Notes: generated by a model from the letters alone, not told the origin. Positions 40,812 through 53,224 are shown, numbered from the whole stretch's first letter. The stretch is 63,784 nt of DNA, filler included, from Choristocarpus tenellus KU-1152 (GCA_964200185.2; 12 parts of 12 records of this genome joined end to end with filler, not necessarily neighbours in it); one strand, 5' to 3'. Numbers and translations: made by a program.

Positions 40812-41512
40812 AACTGGTTCCTCGTGAAGGGTAGGTCCTGTTGGATCTTTCATTACCAGCAATCCATCAAGGCTCGGCCCTGGCATAGGTCAAAGTGGAG
40901 AGGCCTTCATCACCTCTCCAGCATTCTTGGGAGCCATCCCCTTCCCCTACACCTATTTTATTATGGTAGTTGGTACAATCTGATAGGCAAGCATGATCTA
41001 CAAGTACGTATTGACACCTCTGTCTACAGTATGATTTCATCCCTCCATAGTTTAGGAAACCTCTTTTCCAGGGAGTGTACGCACTGATGCTGTTGCTAAT
41101 TACGCCTCTAAAAACCTGTTATTGAGATAATTTTAGCTAGCGTAGCAATCTGTAACAGTCACTAAATTGATGGTGTTTTAGAGGTCTAGAAAATTAGCTT
41201 CTGAGGCTGATTGTCACGTCTACTCGCCAAGTTCATGTTGTGAATGGTTGTAAATAGTATGGGGGGTTGGTCTGAGAGCAGGTCGATCGACATGTACCTG
41301 AAGGACAGTATTCTACGGTTTATTATGTGGTGGTATCATGCCACTAACAAAGACCAGTCCTTTAGCAGTTTGTTTGCTGGTGGTTTGAGTAAATGATAGG
41401 TAGATGAGCTTTGGAAAGAAAGGTGGAGTATGCTCTTGAGGTGAAGGGTTTGAGGTCGTGTGCATCACGTGTAGTTTGAGTTTTTATTGTGTCTGTTGCG
41501 AGAAATGATCGC

Positions 41513-41762
41513 AAGTGAAAGTAACCGAGAGGTACCCAGGGTTGCATTTTAAGGATGCTGACAATCATACGTGTAAATGCTTGTAGGAAGTTTTCTGAAT
41601 TCTGTAGAAATATTTTAAACAATGGGAAACTTAACAGTCTGAAGTGAAACGTCGAAAGTCATTCATATCCCCCTAGAAATACGGGTGAATTGCGAAAGAT
41701 TGAAAACTGGCTTTTGAATGCGAAACGACCAAGACCTGGGTACCCATCGTTTACTTTGGCTC
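41513..41762 (+). mobile_element. MITE-like family C copy (250 bp)
   Basis: aagtgaaagtaaccgagaggtacccagggttgcattttaaggatgctg...cctgggtacccatcgtttactttggctc; colinear with 10051-10312. Confidence 0.75.
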
Positions 41763-42194
41763 AGTAAGTAGGTTTTGAAATTAAAGAAGTGAATTATCAG
41801 CGACACTGGAATATTGGGTGGTCAAGTTTTAGCAGGGTAGTAGGTTCCTGCAGTAAGGTTTCTATCTGTATATGTTAGGTTTGATGAGGAGAGGTGCTGA
41901 GGGTAGATGAGTAAACTTATCGGAAGCATTTGTAACGATGGATTGGAGTAGCAGAGGGGAAATCATGCCTAGGTTTGTGATATATGGTCAACATGGTATA
42001 TGCCACACCCCCTATCATTCTGAGGATTGATCGGCAATTATCTTGGTGGTGCTAAAAACACCTGCACTGCCTGTAACTCACTATAATAATTACGATAATT
42101 AATTGGAGAGTGTACATGTCAATTTTTCATAAAGGTTGTTAGAATTTGAGTTGCCCCGAGATGAAAGGAGTGGGATATAAAATGTGGTGGCGAA

Positions 42195-42437
42195 GAGCCA
42201 AACCAATTGAGAGGTAGGCAGGGTTGCAGTTTAAGATCCGGAGAATGGACCAAAATACGCCAATTTGTACAATTGCTGAAAGGGTCTTCTCCTAATTAAT
42301 TGTGGTGTCGCTTTGTGTGTAAAAAGGGGGAATGTCACATAGAGCGATTAAATAAAGTGTAGTGCATAATAGGGTGAGAAAGATTGCTTAGAATCCAAAA
42401 TGACCCAAACCTGCCTATCTCTCGATTGGTTTGGCCC
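42195..42437 (+). mobile_element. MITE-like family D copy (243 bp)
   Basis: gagccaaaccaattgagaggtaggcagg...cctgcctatctctcgattggtttggccc; reverse complement aligns with 27270-27529. Confidence 0.75.
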
Positions 42438-43435
42438 TTAACGTGTATGAGAGCAATAATACTGCTGGTATTGGTAATGAATTGTGTGTGAAGAAGCAAA
42501 TTGATAGTTATCGTCATGTGAGACATTTGTACTATATTCATCATAATAATAAATTGTCTTACAGCAAGAGAAACCAAAATAGGTTATACTATTATGCCCT
42601 CTGACATTTTGCAGATGTGTCAGGGGGGAAACCAATGAAAACTATGCATGTCGTTATTAGCAATAGGTTATTGTTGCTACTAAAAAAATAGTATTCGTGA
42701 AGTATTATATTTCTACGTAGTATGACAAAAGGTCGCAGGAGTTTGAGAGATGGTATCTACTCTGTACATCCTGATGAAGATGATTATGTTTAGTATTAAT
42801 ACTACCAATGAATATATAATTTACATCTCGAACTATACTTGTGATACTCCTTTGGTTTTCCCCTAACCTATCTGCAAGATGTCAAGAGGGCATGATAATA
42901 TACATGAATATATAATGATGAACTTCATCTTCCGATTCTACAACATGCAGTAACTGCTGAACTGGCGATCTCCAGACTGGGTCATACGTTTCAAACTGGA
43001 AACTCCAGGTAGATGAACTTGGAGAGGCTTGAGGGGTTCGTGGGATTCTCCCCTAACTTCTAGTTGGCGTTTATGTAGTGTTGCTACAAAGTGTCAGTGA
43101 AAGTTTTCCTTCTTCTTCTGTCGTTTTTTTGTTTATTATTTTACATACATACGCTGTAACTGTGATTGGTGCTTACGGTATTCCTCTCCTCTTCTTGATT
43201 TGGTGGTATCCTTCACGTTGATGTATTCTATTACTGTGTTGTCTTCTTTCCTTTGTGTATGGTGTCTATCCCATGGTTCTGGAAACCGAGAAACATTAGT
43301 ACCCTCTCGAGGTGATGGACCCACTGGATGTGCCAACCACCTCTACTCTTGTTCATTTCAAACACACAGTATCACACTATTAAAAACTGGATTTTTTTTT
43401 TTCCAAAGTATGTGTCTAAGATGCTGAACCTTACT

Positions 43436-43612
43436 AGCTCGAAGTATCTGGGAGGGGTGGCGGCTGTCCATTTGGGGCCTATTTTTCCATGTCGCGATTT
43501 TTGGGTGATTTGGTTGCATGCGTCAGATGGATAATGTAAGTTCACTTCTCCTGGTCAGGGCCTGAATGGACACCCTGGTGTAGACCCCCGCCCCCCCCAG
43601 ATACTCTGAGCC
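43436..43612 (-). mobile_element. Family A full copy, 3-bp TSD ACT
   Basis: act|agctcgaagtatctggg...cccagatactctgagcc|act. Confidence 0.88.
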
Positions 43613-44475
43613 ACTCTTTAGTTGAGATATGTTGACAATTGTGTTATATAGCGATAGATTCCATTGTCGATCACAGAATTATGTCCTTCCTCACCCCCTC
43701 ACTCAAATCACACCGCTTTGTCGCAAGGGACGGACGGCCACCCGCCTATTTCTTACCATCTAACTCAGGTATATTGGATCTAAGCGATGTCTTAGAAGTA
43801 GAGAAGTTATCATATTCTACTGTAATAATAGGAGTTAGAAATGGATAATAAATTTGAGATGTGTGTGATAGCCACCTTCCGACCAAGGTATACCTTTAAA
43901 ATGCCCTTTGTTGAGAAGATACACCTCAACGTCTGTTGCCTCATACCCATCAGCATTTGTTTCTTGAAGTAAATATCGGGTGGTTTAAGTTGTTAAAAAA
44001 AAACCTTATTCACTCCACTCCTGTTGTTGGCAATTTCTCGTTTTGCAACTTCAACGTTACACATACTAATACTTCGGAGTATGAATTATCAAGAATACTC
44101 TATAATCACAACTACTGGCAGTAACTGAAAACCGTATTTCTTGTCGAAGACTTTCTGTGTGGTGGGCTGAGACCAGAAAGCAATAGGGAGTACAACAACC
44201 CCACTCTACACTTTCGTGTTTCCTAGAAGCGAGGCGCGTCCGTTCCTCGATTTCCGAGCAAAAAAGTGCTTTTGGTGCAAGACAATTATCCGACCTAGAG
44301 TTGGAACCAAGCAATCAACGATCGGCCATCATTTCCTTCATATCCATAGAAGTGTCGACAAACCCAGACCTACCCCATGCCTAATGTTCAAAAAGATTCT
44401 CCGAGGGAATCCTCGACCCGTGTAGGAAAAACAAACAGCATCGCCCAGGCCTCACTTCGATTGAGCTTGTCGAAG

Positions 44476-46129
44476 ATGATGTCTAGCAAGAAGACCGATG
44501 CCAACATCGATCCCTCGTCTGAGGATGGGACGGGTCGGGTACGATATTGATCAGCTATTCATTCGGCAGTCAAACTGTCACCTTCCCCCAAGCTAAACCC
44601 TCTCAATAAATATTTTTGCAAGTGATTTTCAGAACCTCATGTACTCGTTGGAAAATGGAGATCAAGGCGAAGTCCCGTAGAGGTTGTTTAAGGTGGAAGA
44701 GTGGATCTGCTTGTGAAGTAGCCCGTCCCATACTCTCTGCCCGCTTTTCTCCACCCTCTTCACTCATATCTTCACTACTCCATATTTTAATCATTCAAGC
44801 ATATCTCATGGACAGGGGCACAAACCTACAGAAGATGAATTAATTGAGAAATCGGCCAGGGCAAGAAGTGCACGACGCCGTAGTTCCTTGCTGCAGATGG
44901 GCGTAGCAAACGCTGGTATCAAGGACGTAGCGAAGGAAGTGCTCATGCAGGAGGTGGCTGCCGAAGTAACTGCCGAAAATCCAATCCAGAAATTGCAACA
45001 ACTCCTGACTAAGGTGAAGAACGAAAAGTTGAGTGTTTGTTCAAGGGTGTCTGTGATGACGCACTATCTCATTTCACCCTTAAAATTTGCTCCCCTTTCT
45101 TTCTCTTTTCACTTGATGTTATGTTCTCTAGGCGAAACGACCTACCCTCCAACCTTGCAGCCAAGTAAGCAAGCACCAAACACCTACCTCCACCGATCCC
45201 CTTGCTGACATACGGTGACACGGATTCTTTCTTGCCTAAAATATCTACTCCATTGAGTTGCCCAGGCGAAAGAGAGAGGCATGTCGGCAGAGGAGCTGTT
45301 CGAACATTTTGCTCCAGTGGGCAAGGCAAGGGTTTTTAATTTCTTGCTATCAAATGCAATGAGGTTTTATCGATGCATACAGTTATCCTTCCTAGTCTCA
45401 CATGTTGCAAATTCACCGGATTCCCAAATTACTGGCTCAAAGTATCTGGGGTGTGTGTGGCCGCTGTCCATTTGGGACCAACATATTTACGTCACGATTT
45501 TTGGGTGATTTGGTTGCATATGTTGGATGGATGATATAAGTGCACTTTTCCTGGTTATGGCCCAGATTGACACCCTGGTGCAGACCCCCCCCCACCCCTT
45601 AGATACTTTGGGTCTGCCTTGTAAGTGCTGTTGACTGGATACTGAGATCATTCTGTTTGGATGTCGATCAGCAAATACAAACTGACCTTGGGGTAAAAAA
45701 AGAAGTATACCAATCTTTCCACCCCACACGGTGTCAAAGTCATGGTCTCTCCCTCTAGTAGCAATGAGGTCAAGACCTAATCGACTGTCTCTGCTTTCTC
45801 GGCAATATCTAAACCTTTTGGCTCGATCCACTAAACCTCAGCTTTGATATCATCCACGTTGTTCATCCCTACTGAATAGACATAATACTCTCTGCCCTGT
45901 TCCCCATTGCTACCTCTACCTGCATATATTAGACTTCAATCACTCCAGCAATGTTTGAGACCGCCCTGCAAAAGCTGGGGAAGGAAGCATTCCAGTTCAA
46001 CAGCTTGGAGTTGGAGCATGTTGTCAACACCTTTGACTCGGACGAGAACGGTACCATTGAGATGTGTGAATTCATGGAGTTTTGCCTCAGTATCCCTTCC
46101 CTTCCGTGGAAAGCAGAGAGGGCCAGGAG
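44476..46129 (+). CDS. EF-hand calcium-binding protein, partial (4 exons)
   Basis: Exons 44476-44538 (5' boundary uncertain), 44897-45013, 45266-45325 and 45933-46129 in phase; EF-hand loop DSDENGTIEMCE in ...HVVNTFDSDENGTIEMCEFMEFCLSIPSLPWKAERAR. Confidence 0.8.
45434..45614 (-). mobile_element. Family A copy in an intron of the EF-hand gene
   Basis: ggctcaaagtatctggg...cttagatactttgggtc. Confidence 0.85.
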
Positions 46130-46303
46130 GTGCGTGATTGAACAGGAAGATTATTGTAACCTTTCAGTAACGATTTGGATTGAAGCAGTGTCACACCTTG
46201 GACATTCTTTGTGATACCATTGCTCTCTCAACCAAGGCGGTTTGCATTGGATACTAGAATTATGCACCAAGTACGGGTATTTTAGTAGTACGTTTTGGGA
46301 TCA

Positions 46304-46450
46304 GAGAGAAAGCACTTGGGAGGGTAGGGCCGCGTCCGTTTGGGGTCCAAAATCTAATGTTGCGATTTTGATGTAATTTGACTATCAAGTTTGGTAGGAA
46401 GTGTCAATATCCTTGCTCCTGATGCATCTTTCATAGTCGTACACATTTTA
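46304..46450 (+). mobile_element. Family B left half, interrupted by a family A end at 46451
   Basis: B sequence (gagggtagggccgcgtccgtttgggg...acacatttta) switches directly to gggtcaaagtatctggggg. Confidence 0.75.
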
Positions 46451-46624
46451 GGGTCAAAGTATCTGGGGGGGGGGGGGGGGNNNNNNNNNNNNNNNNNNNN
46501 NNNNNNNNNNNNNNNNNNNNNNNNTTAATTAATTAANNNNNNNNNNNNNNNNNNNNNNNNNNNNNNNNNNNNNNNNNNNNCCCCTTTCCCCCTCTTTGCA
46601 TCTCTTGTGAATTTCTCGTTCCAG

Positions 46625-47270
46625 GAATGGGAGTTTGCAAAGATTGAGCGCATTCCTGGGTATGGCAGTCTCACCATGTGATTCACAGCTTGTCTGCAAC
46701 ACACAGGTTCCATGTGATTATCATAGAACCTGTCGACGTGCATACAAGATAGAATACACTTCTGCACTCCTTTGGTTTGTTAGCTTGTGTGATGCATTTT
46801 ATCATCTTCATGTGGTTCAGAGGTCCCATCACCGTGAGGCGTTCTGCAGCCTTGAGAGGGTCGTGGGTAGGTGGCTTTAGGTGTGAAATCAAGGAAGACA
46901 TGATGTGAGATGCAAGGCGTGGTGTGCAGTGGAGCTTTTTTTTCTGAGGGGCGGTTCTGTGTACTGGGGTCAGGAAGAAGTGGCATTAAGTGTCGTTAAA
47001 GCTGCTTCTTCCATACATCCACGTTGGAAGGCCTGCGTACTCGAGCAAACAACGAGCGGATGCTCGAGACTCCTTGCCTGTGTGCAGCTCATGTTCTGTG
47101 TGACCTCTTTTGGTGTGTACAAGCAGCGCCTGGGGGGAACTTTAACTGACATTTTGACCGAAGTTGGGGACAAGTTTTCTGGTAGGGAACTAGCTGCCAA
47201 TGCTATTGCTGTTGAACTTCAAGCGGGGTTGGGCGGGTGGAACCATCGGACGAATTGCTGCATCTGCTAG
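46625..47270 (+). CDS. Unknown protein, last three exons, C-terminus ...TNCCIC*
   Basis: Exons 46625-46659, 46821-46866 and 47088-47270 splice in phase: EWEFAKIERIPG-GPITVRRSAALRGSW-LMFCVTSFGVYKQRLGGTLTDILTEVGDKFSGRELAANAIAVELQAGLGGWNHRTNCCIC*. Confidence 0.65.
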
Positions 47271-49354
47271 GCACTGTCAGGAAAACATAGCTGTTGATGC
47301 GTATGGCGTTTCCTTTTTGGATAGATCATAAGGGTGTGTTGTGCGGATATATAGGTGTCCAGGAGTGGTAATGAATGTGTTGGTGTTTGTGTGCTGTGTG
47401 TGTTATTCTAAAGTGCTAAGTGGTCCTTTGTAGTCATTCCGGGCTCTCTACACCTGTGCAAGGTTTCGTCCATAGACTGCTGAACAAGGGGGGTGGTGGT
47501 GATGCTCTCCCAGCATGGTTGTTCACCATCCCCACCACCACCATATGGCTACACATGCCTTTTTGTGCGTGTTTCCCAAAATTCTGGGATATCGGTTGCC
47601 TGCAATACACCATGCTGAAATGTGTTGGAAGGAATGTAGTGCTACATACAGGTGTGTTGGCATACACATGAAAGGCAGAGTGAACTCAAGGTACAGATAC
47701 TTGTCTACAAGCAGGAACAATTACGGTTTACGTACTATGGAAACAAATTCGTGACTACTTACGTGCAGTACGAATCGGTATATGTAGAGTGTCGTCATAG
47801 TCATGCTCTGATTGGATAGTATCATGAGATGGGACAGTTACGACCAGGTGGGGATACTGTACTATAACTATGAGTCTACTTAAATAGCCTGTTTCATTAA
47901 GCAGTACCATCGGAGTGTGAAGGATAATGGTCAGGTTTTGCAACTTCGCCTTCAAACTATGATCTTTCGTTGTTGTGGTAGTTCAGTGAAAAGTTGGAAA
48001 CTTGCACTTTTTGATTGGTGCCTTCAACAAAAATACTGCTATTAACAACACGATTGGTTGGAGATAAGACGTCCATTTGTGACCTGCATGTACTTCACTC
48101 CTGAGTGCAGGGGTACCAAACGGAATTGGGCACAAATTCTCTTTACACATTTTCCGTTCCAATGGTGGTTGCATGCATGTAGGGGTAAAGAGGCTCATTG
48201 AAGACAAAGGGATGGTATACAACAAGAGGATCAATATTTCCTGTGCCCTGAAATACTTGTTGGACCTCTAAAGCAATGATTGTAGTACCACACGACAAAT
48301 TGTCGCGAGGACATTTTACTAGCTAGTTGCAAGGTAGGATTCTATCCTACTCCTAGGACTTCAGTAGTGTGTGTGGATAATCTTAGGGAAATGGAGTAAA
48401 CGGTGAATAGCGTTTGCTTCCTTTAGAATGGCATGCACTATATAGTGAGAAAGGTTATCTGTACAGAAGAAGTCTTAAAAAGACTATTTGTTCTTGTGAG
48501 AGGTCGTAATGACTGCTACCAGTGATGGGTGGTAGGTGCCGTACGTGACATGCAGCAGGTAGTTGTATAGCCAAGATGATCGGTAACAATCTGATTCCTT
48601 TGAAGACCATCATTATTGTTTAAATTTATCGCTGAATATGTAACAGGAGCAACCAGTAGTGTCGTATATTATGAAAGTAACGAGTTAACATGTCTGAAGA
48701 ACCTGCATGTTCATCTCAAAAATAAAAGTAATAAAAAGCTCCTTCAACATACTGTTGGGACCTAGATATCCCATACTTTGCCCTAAATAAGCTCATAGTC
48801 CTGAGTATATATTACATACGTACAAGAAACCTACCAGTGCATGTAGTATGATTCACTTTGTTGATAACATTGTCGTTCGAAAAGGAATGATAGAGAGCAC
48901 TAGAACAACAAGTTCGTGTGTTCTCGATTCAGGCTGTGTTTAGTGACATAATAATGACAAGCAGCCAGAAACCAATTCAAAAAAAGAGTATATAGCACTA
49001 CATGTGTATTGTAGGTATCAAACAGCTGATCACCAAAATTGAGGATGGAGCTTTTTATTGATGATGAGCGAGACCAGGAACGGTGCGCGGAAAGTGCACA
49101 TATGTTTTTTTTTGTAAATGTTGCGGCACTTTTGGAGGGTCCCGCTACGAATGGGAATCCATCCCAACGAAGGTGGTAGTAGGACAGTGTGTGGGGGGTG
49201 GCAACGATTTCGTTTGATCGTCGCGTACATGTATGCCCTGCGTTGGCTTGCTTGCTTGAAAAATTAGTGCGGTCGGTGGAGTCGTTTGACTGTCAATGGT
49301 GGAGGTGGTAGAAAATAATGGTACTTCGAAGTAGTTTTTTTCGGGGCGGCGTTT

Positions 49355-49612
49355 GAGTGGAAGTATCTTAGAGGGTGCGAGTTTTGTCTTGTTTGTCCAT
49401 TTAGGGCTTGGCTTCTCATGTCTTTTCTAATGACATTTTCCTACTCCAAAATATTTCGGAGTAGGCAAAATATGTACGCTATGAATGGTGTGTCCAGAAT
49501 ATGGATATTTACACTTCCTAGCAAACACGATAGCCAAAATTGCACCAAAATCACAACATTGGAATTTGGTTCCCAAATGGACGCGACTCCACCCTCTAAG
49601 ATACTTTTACTT
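49355..49612 (-). mobile_element. Family B copy (258 bp)
   Basis: gagtggaagtatcttagaggg...accctctaagatacttttactt. Confidence 0.85.
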
Positions 49613-49645
49613 TTTCATTGTCATTATGGATGGCTGACTGACTGA

Positions 49646-50038
49646 GGCTCAGAGTATCTGGGAGGGGGTGGCGGATGTCCATTTGGGGTCAATTTTTTCA
49701 TCTTGCGATTGAGCCAAAGTATCTTAGAGGGTAGAGCCGCGTCCATTTGGGGATCAATATCCAATGTTGCGATTTTGGTATAATTTTGGCTACTGTGTTT
49801 ATTAGGAAGTATCTATATCCTTGCTCCGGACACACCTTTCCTTAACGTATACATTTTACCTACTCCAAAATGTTTTGGAGTAGGAAAATGTCATAAAAAA
49901 CCCTGAGGGAAGTCAAGCCCCAAATGGACAAACAGAGCAAAACTCGTACCCTCTAAGATACTTTCACTCGATTTTTGGGTGACTTTGTTGCATACGTCGG
50001 ATGGATAAGTAAGTGCACTTTTCCTGATTTTGTCCCAA
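49646..50038 (-). mobile_element. Family A copy carrying a nested family B element (49711-49969, TSD GATT)
   Basis: A sequence ...tcttgc-gatt|GAGCCAAAG...TTTCACTC|gatt-tttgggtgac; the uninterrupted A copy at 43491 reads gtcgcgatttttgggtga. Confidence 0.92.
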
Positions 50039-50166
50039 NNNNNNNNNNNNNNNNNNNNNNNNNNNNNNNNNNNNNNNNNNNNTTAATTAATTAANNNNNN
50101 NNNNNNNNNNNNNNNNNNNNNNNNNNNNNNNNNNNNNNCCTCCTCCCCAAGATACTTTGAGCCTGA

Positions 50167-51450
50167 GCATAAAGCATGCCACAACAGGCGTTACTCAATT
50201 GTTACCCCACTCCCTGTTCCTACTCCTCTTCTGATCTGGTATTTCTCGCAAAAATATCCTTAGAGATAACCAGGTCAGCATTGAACTCCTGAAATACTAT
50301 GCTTAGCACTGCAGTGAAGAAGATGTTGAACAGGATGGGGGCAATAGCACACCCTTGGTGAAGGTACTTGCATGACCTCAAACCAGTCCATATACTCTCC
50401 ACCATCAATGTAGACGCATGACTGCATTCAATTATCGAACTGAGGGATGACAGAGATCACCTTCTCAATTAATCCGAAATTGTCAAGCACAACCCACAGA
50501 AGATCGCAGGCAATCGATTCATATGCTTTCTGTAGGTTGATGAGATATCTGAACTGAGGCATATGTTTCCCTGTCCGGGCTCCTGGAGGGCACCTAGGGC
50601 GCACATTGTATCCACTGTGAAGGCTCGGGACCGTAAATTATACTATTCCTTTTGAAGTATGTTCTCCCATTCCAGTTACACTCCCGGCCATTAGTGAGAT
50701 GTGTCTGATGTTACTACAATTTGCCCAATAGTCCTTCTTGTTGAACACCTTGTTGATTTGACCCTTCTAAACCCTGGACAAACCTTCCTGGTCGCACACA
50801 GCGCCACGATCCTGTGGAAAGTCTAGAGGGAAATAATGTCCTCATTGAGCCCAACTCTCAGAATCTACCTAATGTGAAATCTTTTTATCTCTTTGCCTTC
50901 CCTTTTGCCATTGCCCAGCTTGCCTCAGCGTTGGTGTATCCATTGATGCCATGCAAGTGGATCTTTCGTCCAGGGGTCCAGTACAGTTGGGGTTGAGGTT
51001 GACATGACTTGTCATTTTGGAGGACCTCAAAGTCGTGCCTCCACCATTTCTTGATGGATCCTTGCTCTCTCATTAGTGTGCCAAATTCCTCACATATGTA
51101 TTGGGAATGACCCTGTCTGACCCTCTCTACAGCAAACCCTTTCAGGTGTTGGTAAGTTCCAGCTTGATCTCTCATGGAAAATGTGATCTTCCATTTTCCT
51201 TGAGTAGGAGTCTGTAAATCCCTGCAAGGTGGATGCCCTGGCTTATTTGAGTCGTTTGCCAGCCTCCCTCAACGCCTTTTTGGAGATGGCAGTTGGGGAG
51301 TCTGTGCTTGTTACTGTCACGCTAGTACCTATTTCTCTCAAGTCTCCAATAAAATCGAGTGGGTTTGATCACTTGCAAAGCAGCCTCTTGGCATCAAAAT
51401 TGCTATGGGTGTGTGGCAGCATTTCCAAAGCATCTTCTAACAAATGGGCT
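50167..51450 (-). mobile_element. Degenerate non-LTR retrotransposon (RTE-like) reverse transcriptase fragment
   Basis: Minus-strand pieces QYICEEFGTLMREQGSIKKWWRHDF, LINLQKAYESIACDLLWVVLDNFG, QFDN*MQSCVYIDGGEYMDWFEV and (after a frameshift) HQGCAIAPILFNIFFTAVL match RT motifs FIDLxKAYDS and GLRQGCxLAPxLFNIF. Confidence 0.87.
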
Positions 51451-52019
51451 ACGAACTAACCTTCTCTGCTTTTGACATCTGTTGCTACACCAGTTGTGTC
51501 ATATACTCAAGATGAACTACCAATGAGTCCTTATTACAACATGAATTCATATCGTGTTTTCCAAGGGAGATATTAACCCTATTATAATGATAAAGCCAAG
51601 GGGAGTAGGTACATTCGCAAGAGGTGACAAATGTCCTCCCAGAGTCGTTGTGCCTGATGTTGACATGCTGGTGTTGTCATCAAATCGATCTCCAACTAAT
51701 GGGATCTGATTACTCCGACTGTGCTGCACTACTACTTCACCATGAGTACAAATACATACAAAAGTTACAAAGATCATGTATAGTGTGCGAGTTCATATCT
51801 TAAGGTTACGCCAGTGTTTCAAAAATAGGAGTCGTTCACCTAGCGGGCCACTGACCAACTCGGAAAGGCGGAAGTTTCTCCCTTTTGACAACTTGAAAAT
51901 CAGCGGTTGGCAGAGCGGTATGATGTTGGGCATTTTCCTCAAACGGTTAAAGTAATTCTGCACATAGCGTCACCTCTCTTTCTTAGTTGTACGGTATTAC
52001 CAACTAACCTGAAACCCAA

Positions 52020-52203
52020 GGCTCAAAGTATCTGGGGGGGAAGGGGGGGATTACGCCAGGGTGTGTCCTTTCGGGCCCTGACCAGGAAAGGTGCACTTAC
52101 ATTATCAATTCGACACATGCAACCAAATCACCCGAAAATTGTGACATACAAAAAAATGGCCCCCAAATGGACAGCCACCACCCCCCTTAGATACTTTGAG
52201 GCC
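52020..52203 (+). mobile_element. Family A copy in one copy of a local duplication
   Basis: ccaa|ggctcaaagtatc...gatactttgaggc|ccaa; empty paralogous site at 52321-52387. Confidence 0.88.
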
Positions 52204-53224
52204 CAATTTATTTAAACTATCAGATAAAACTACGAAGCTTTTCCCAAGATTTGAGCCTATGACGATTGCTGGTAATTGCTAGGAATTATTCTCCAATATC
52301 CATAGTAGTTGTTGACAGTCTCTTTCTTAGTTGTGCCATGTTACCAACTAACCTGAAACCCAAATTAATTGAAATATCGGATTAAACTTCTAAGTACAAT
52401 ACAAAAAAAAAAATATCGACACTTTATCCCAGTCAATTTTGGGTCAAGTCCATTCTCAATGAAAAGCTCCATCCTCAATTTTTGAAATCGGCTGTTGATT
52501 GCTGGTAGTTAGGAGTAGGTAGGTTGGAAGCACAGGAAGGCAGTAGTACAATATTGATAGTGGTGAAGGAACAAATAGATTAGTGTTTTTCACATTTATA
52601 GCGTTTTATAGTATTTTTCACTTTTAGGATATTTTATTTCTTTAGGGCTTATACTGACATATAGATACTTTTCATTTGTTTCCCCCTGACACATCTGTAA
52701 AATGTCAGAGGGAATAATAATAATATTACTGGTAGTTATGACAACTGTTACGTTTTTACCGTTTATTTTGACACGCGAATAGTTTTTGTTGATTTTTCCC
52801 TTACGCATCTGCAAAATGTCAGAGGGCATAATAATATAAATTGCTGGTAGTTGCTAGGAATTTATACTCCAGTATCCCCGTTTTTTGTTGAAAAATGGGA
52901 AAATAGTACAATAGTCTAGTATCGTTTTGAATGGACCTTGCCTATTCGCTCACACTAAAAATAAAACTAGACATGGTTGGTCCATATATTACATGGAATT
53001 GGGTACGTCATCTCTAGAGGGGTGACAAAATCAGACATGAGGAAAAAAGAGTAAGAAAGTAGGGTGAGGGAGTCGATGGAGAAGGATCTGTATGATGGTT
53101 TCGAAATTGATGCAATGTTGAGCAGGAAGTACTAGATAGAATAAGGAACATACCTGTTCGCCCACATGCAAGGCCAAGGTTGTAGCTTTCTCCTTGCATG
53201 GGACATATTATGGGTAAGGAGTTT

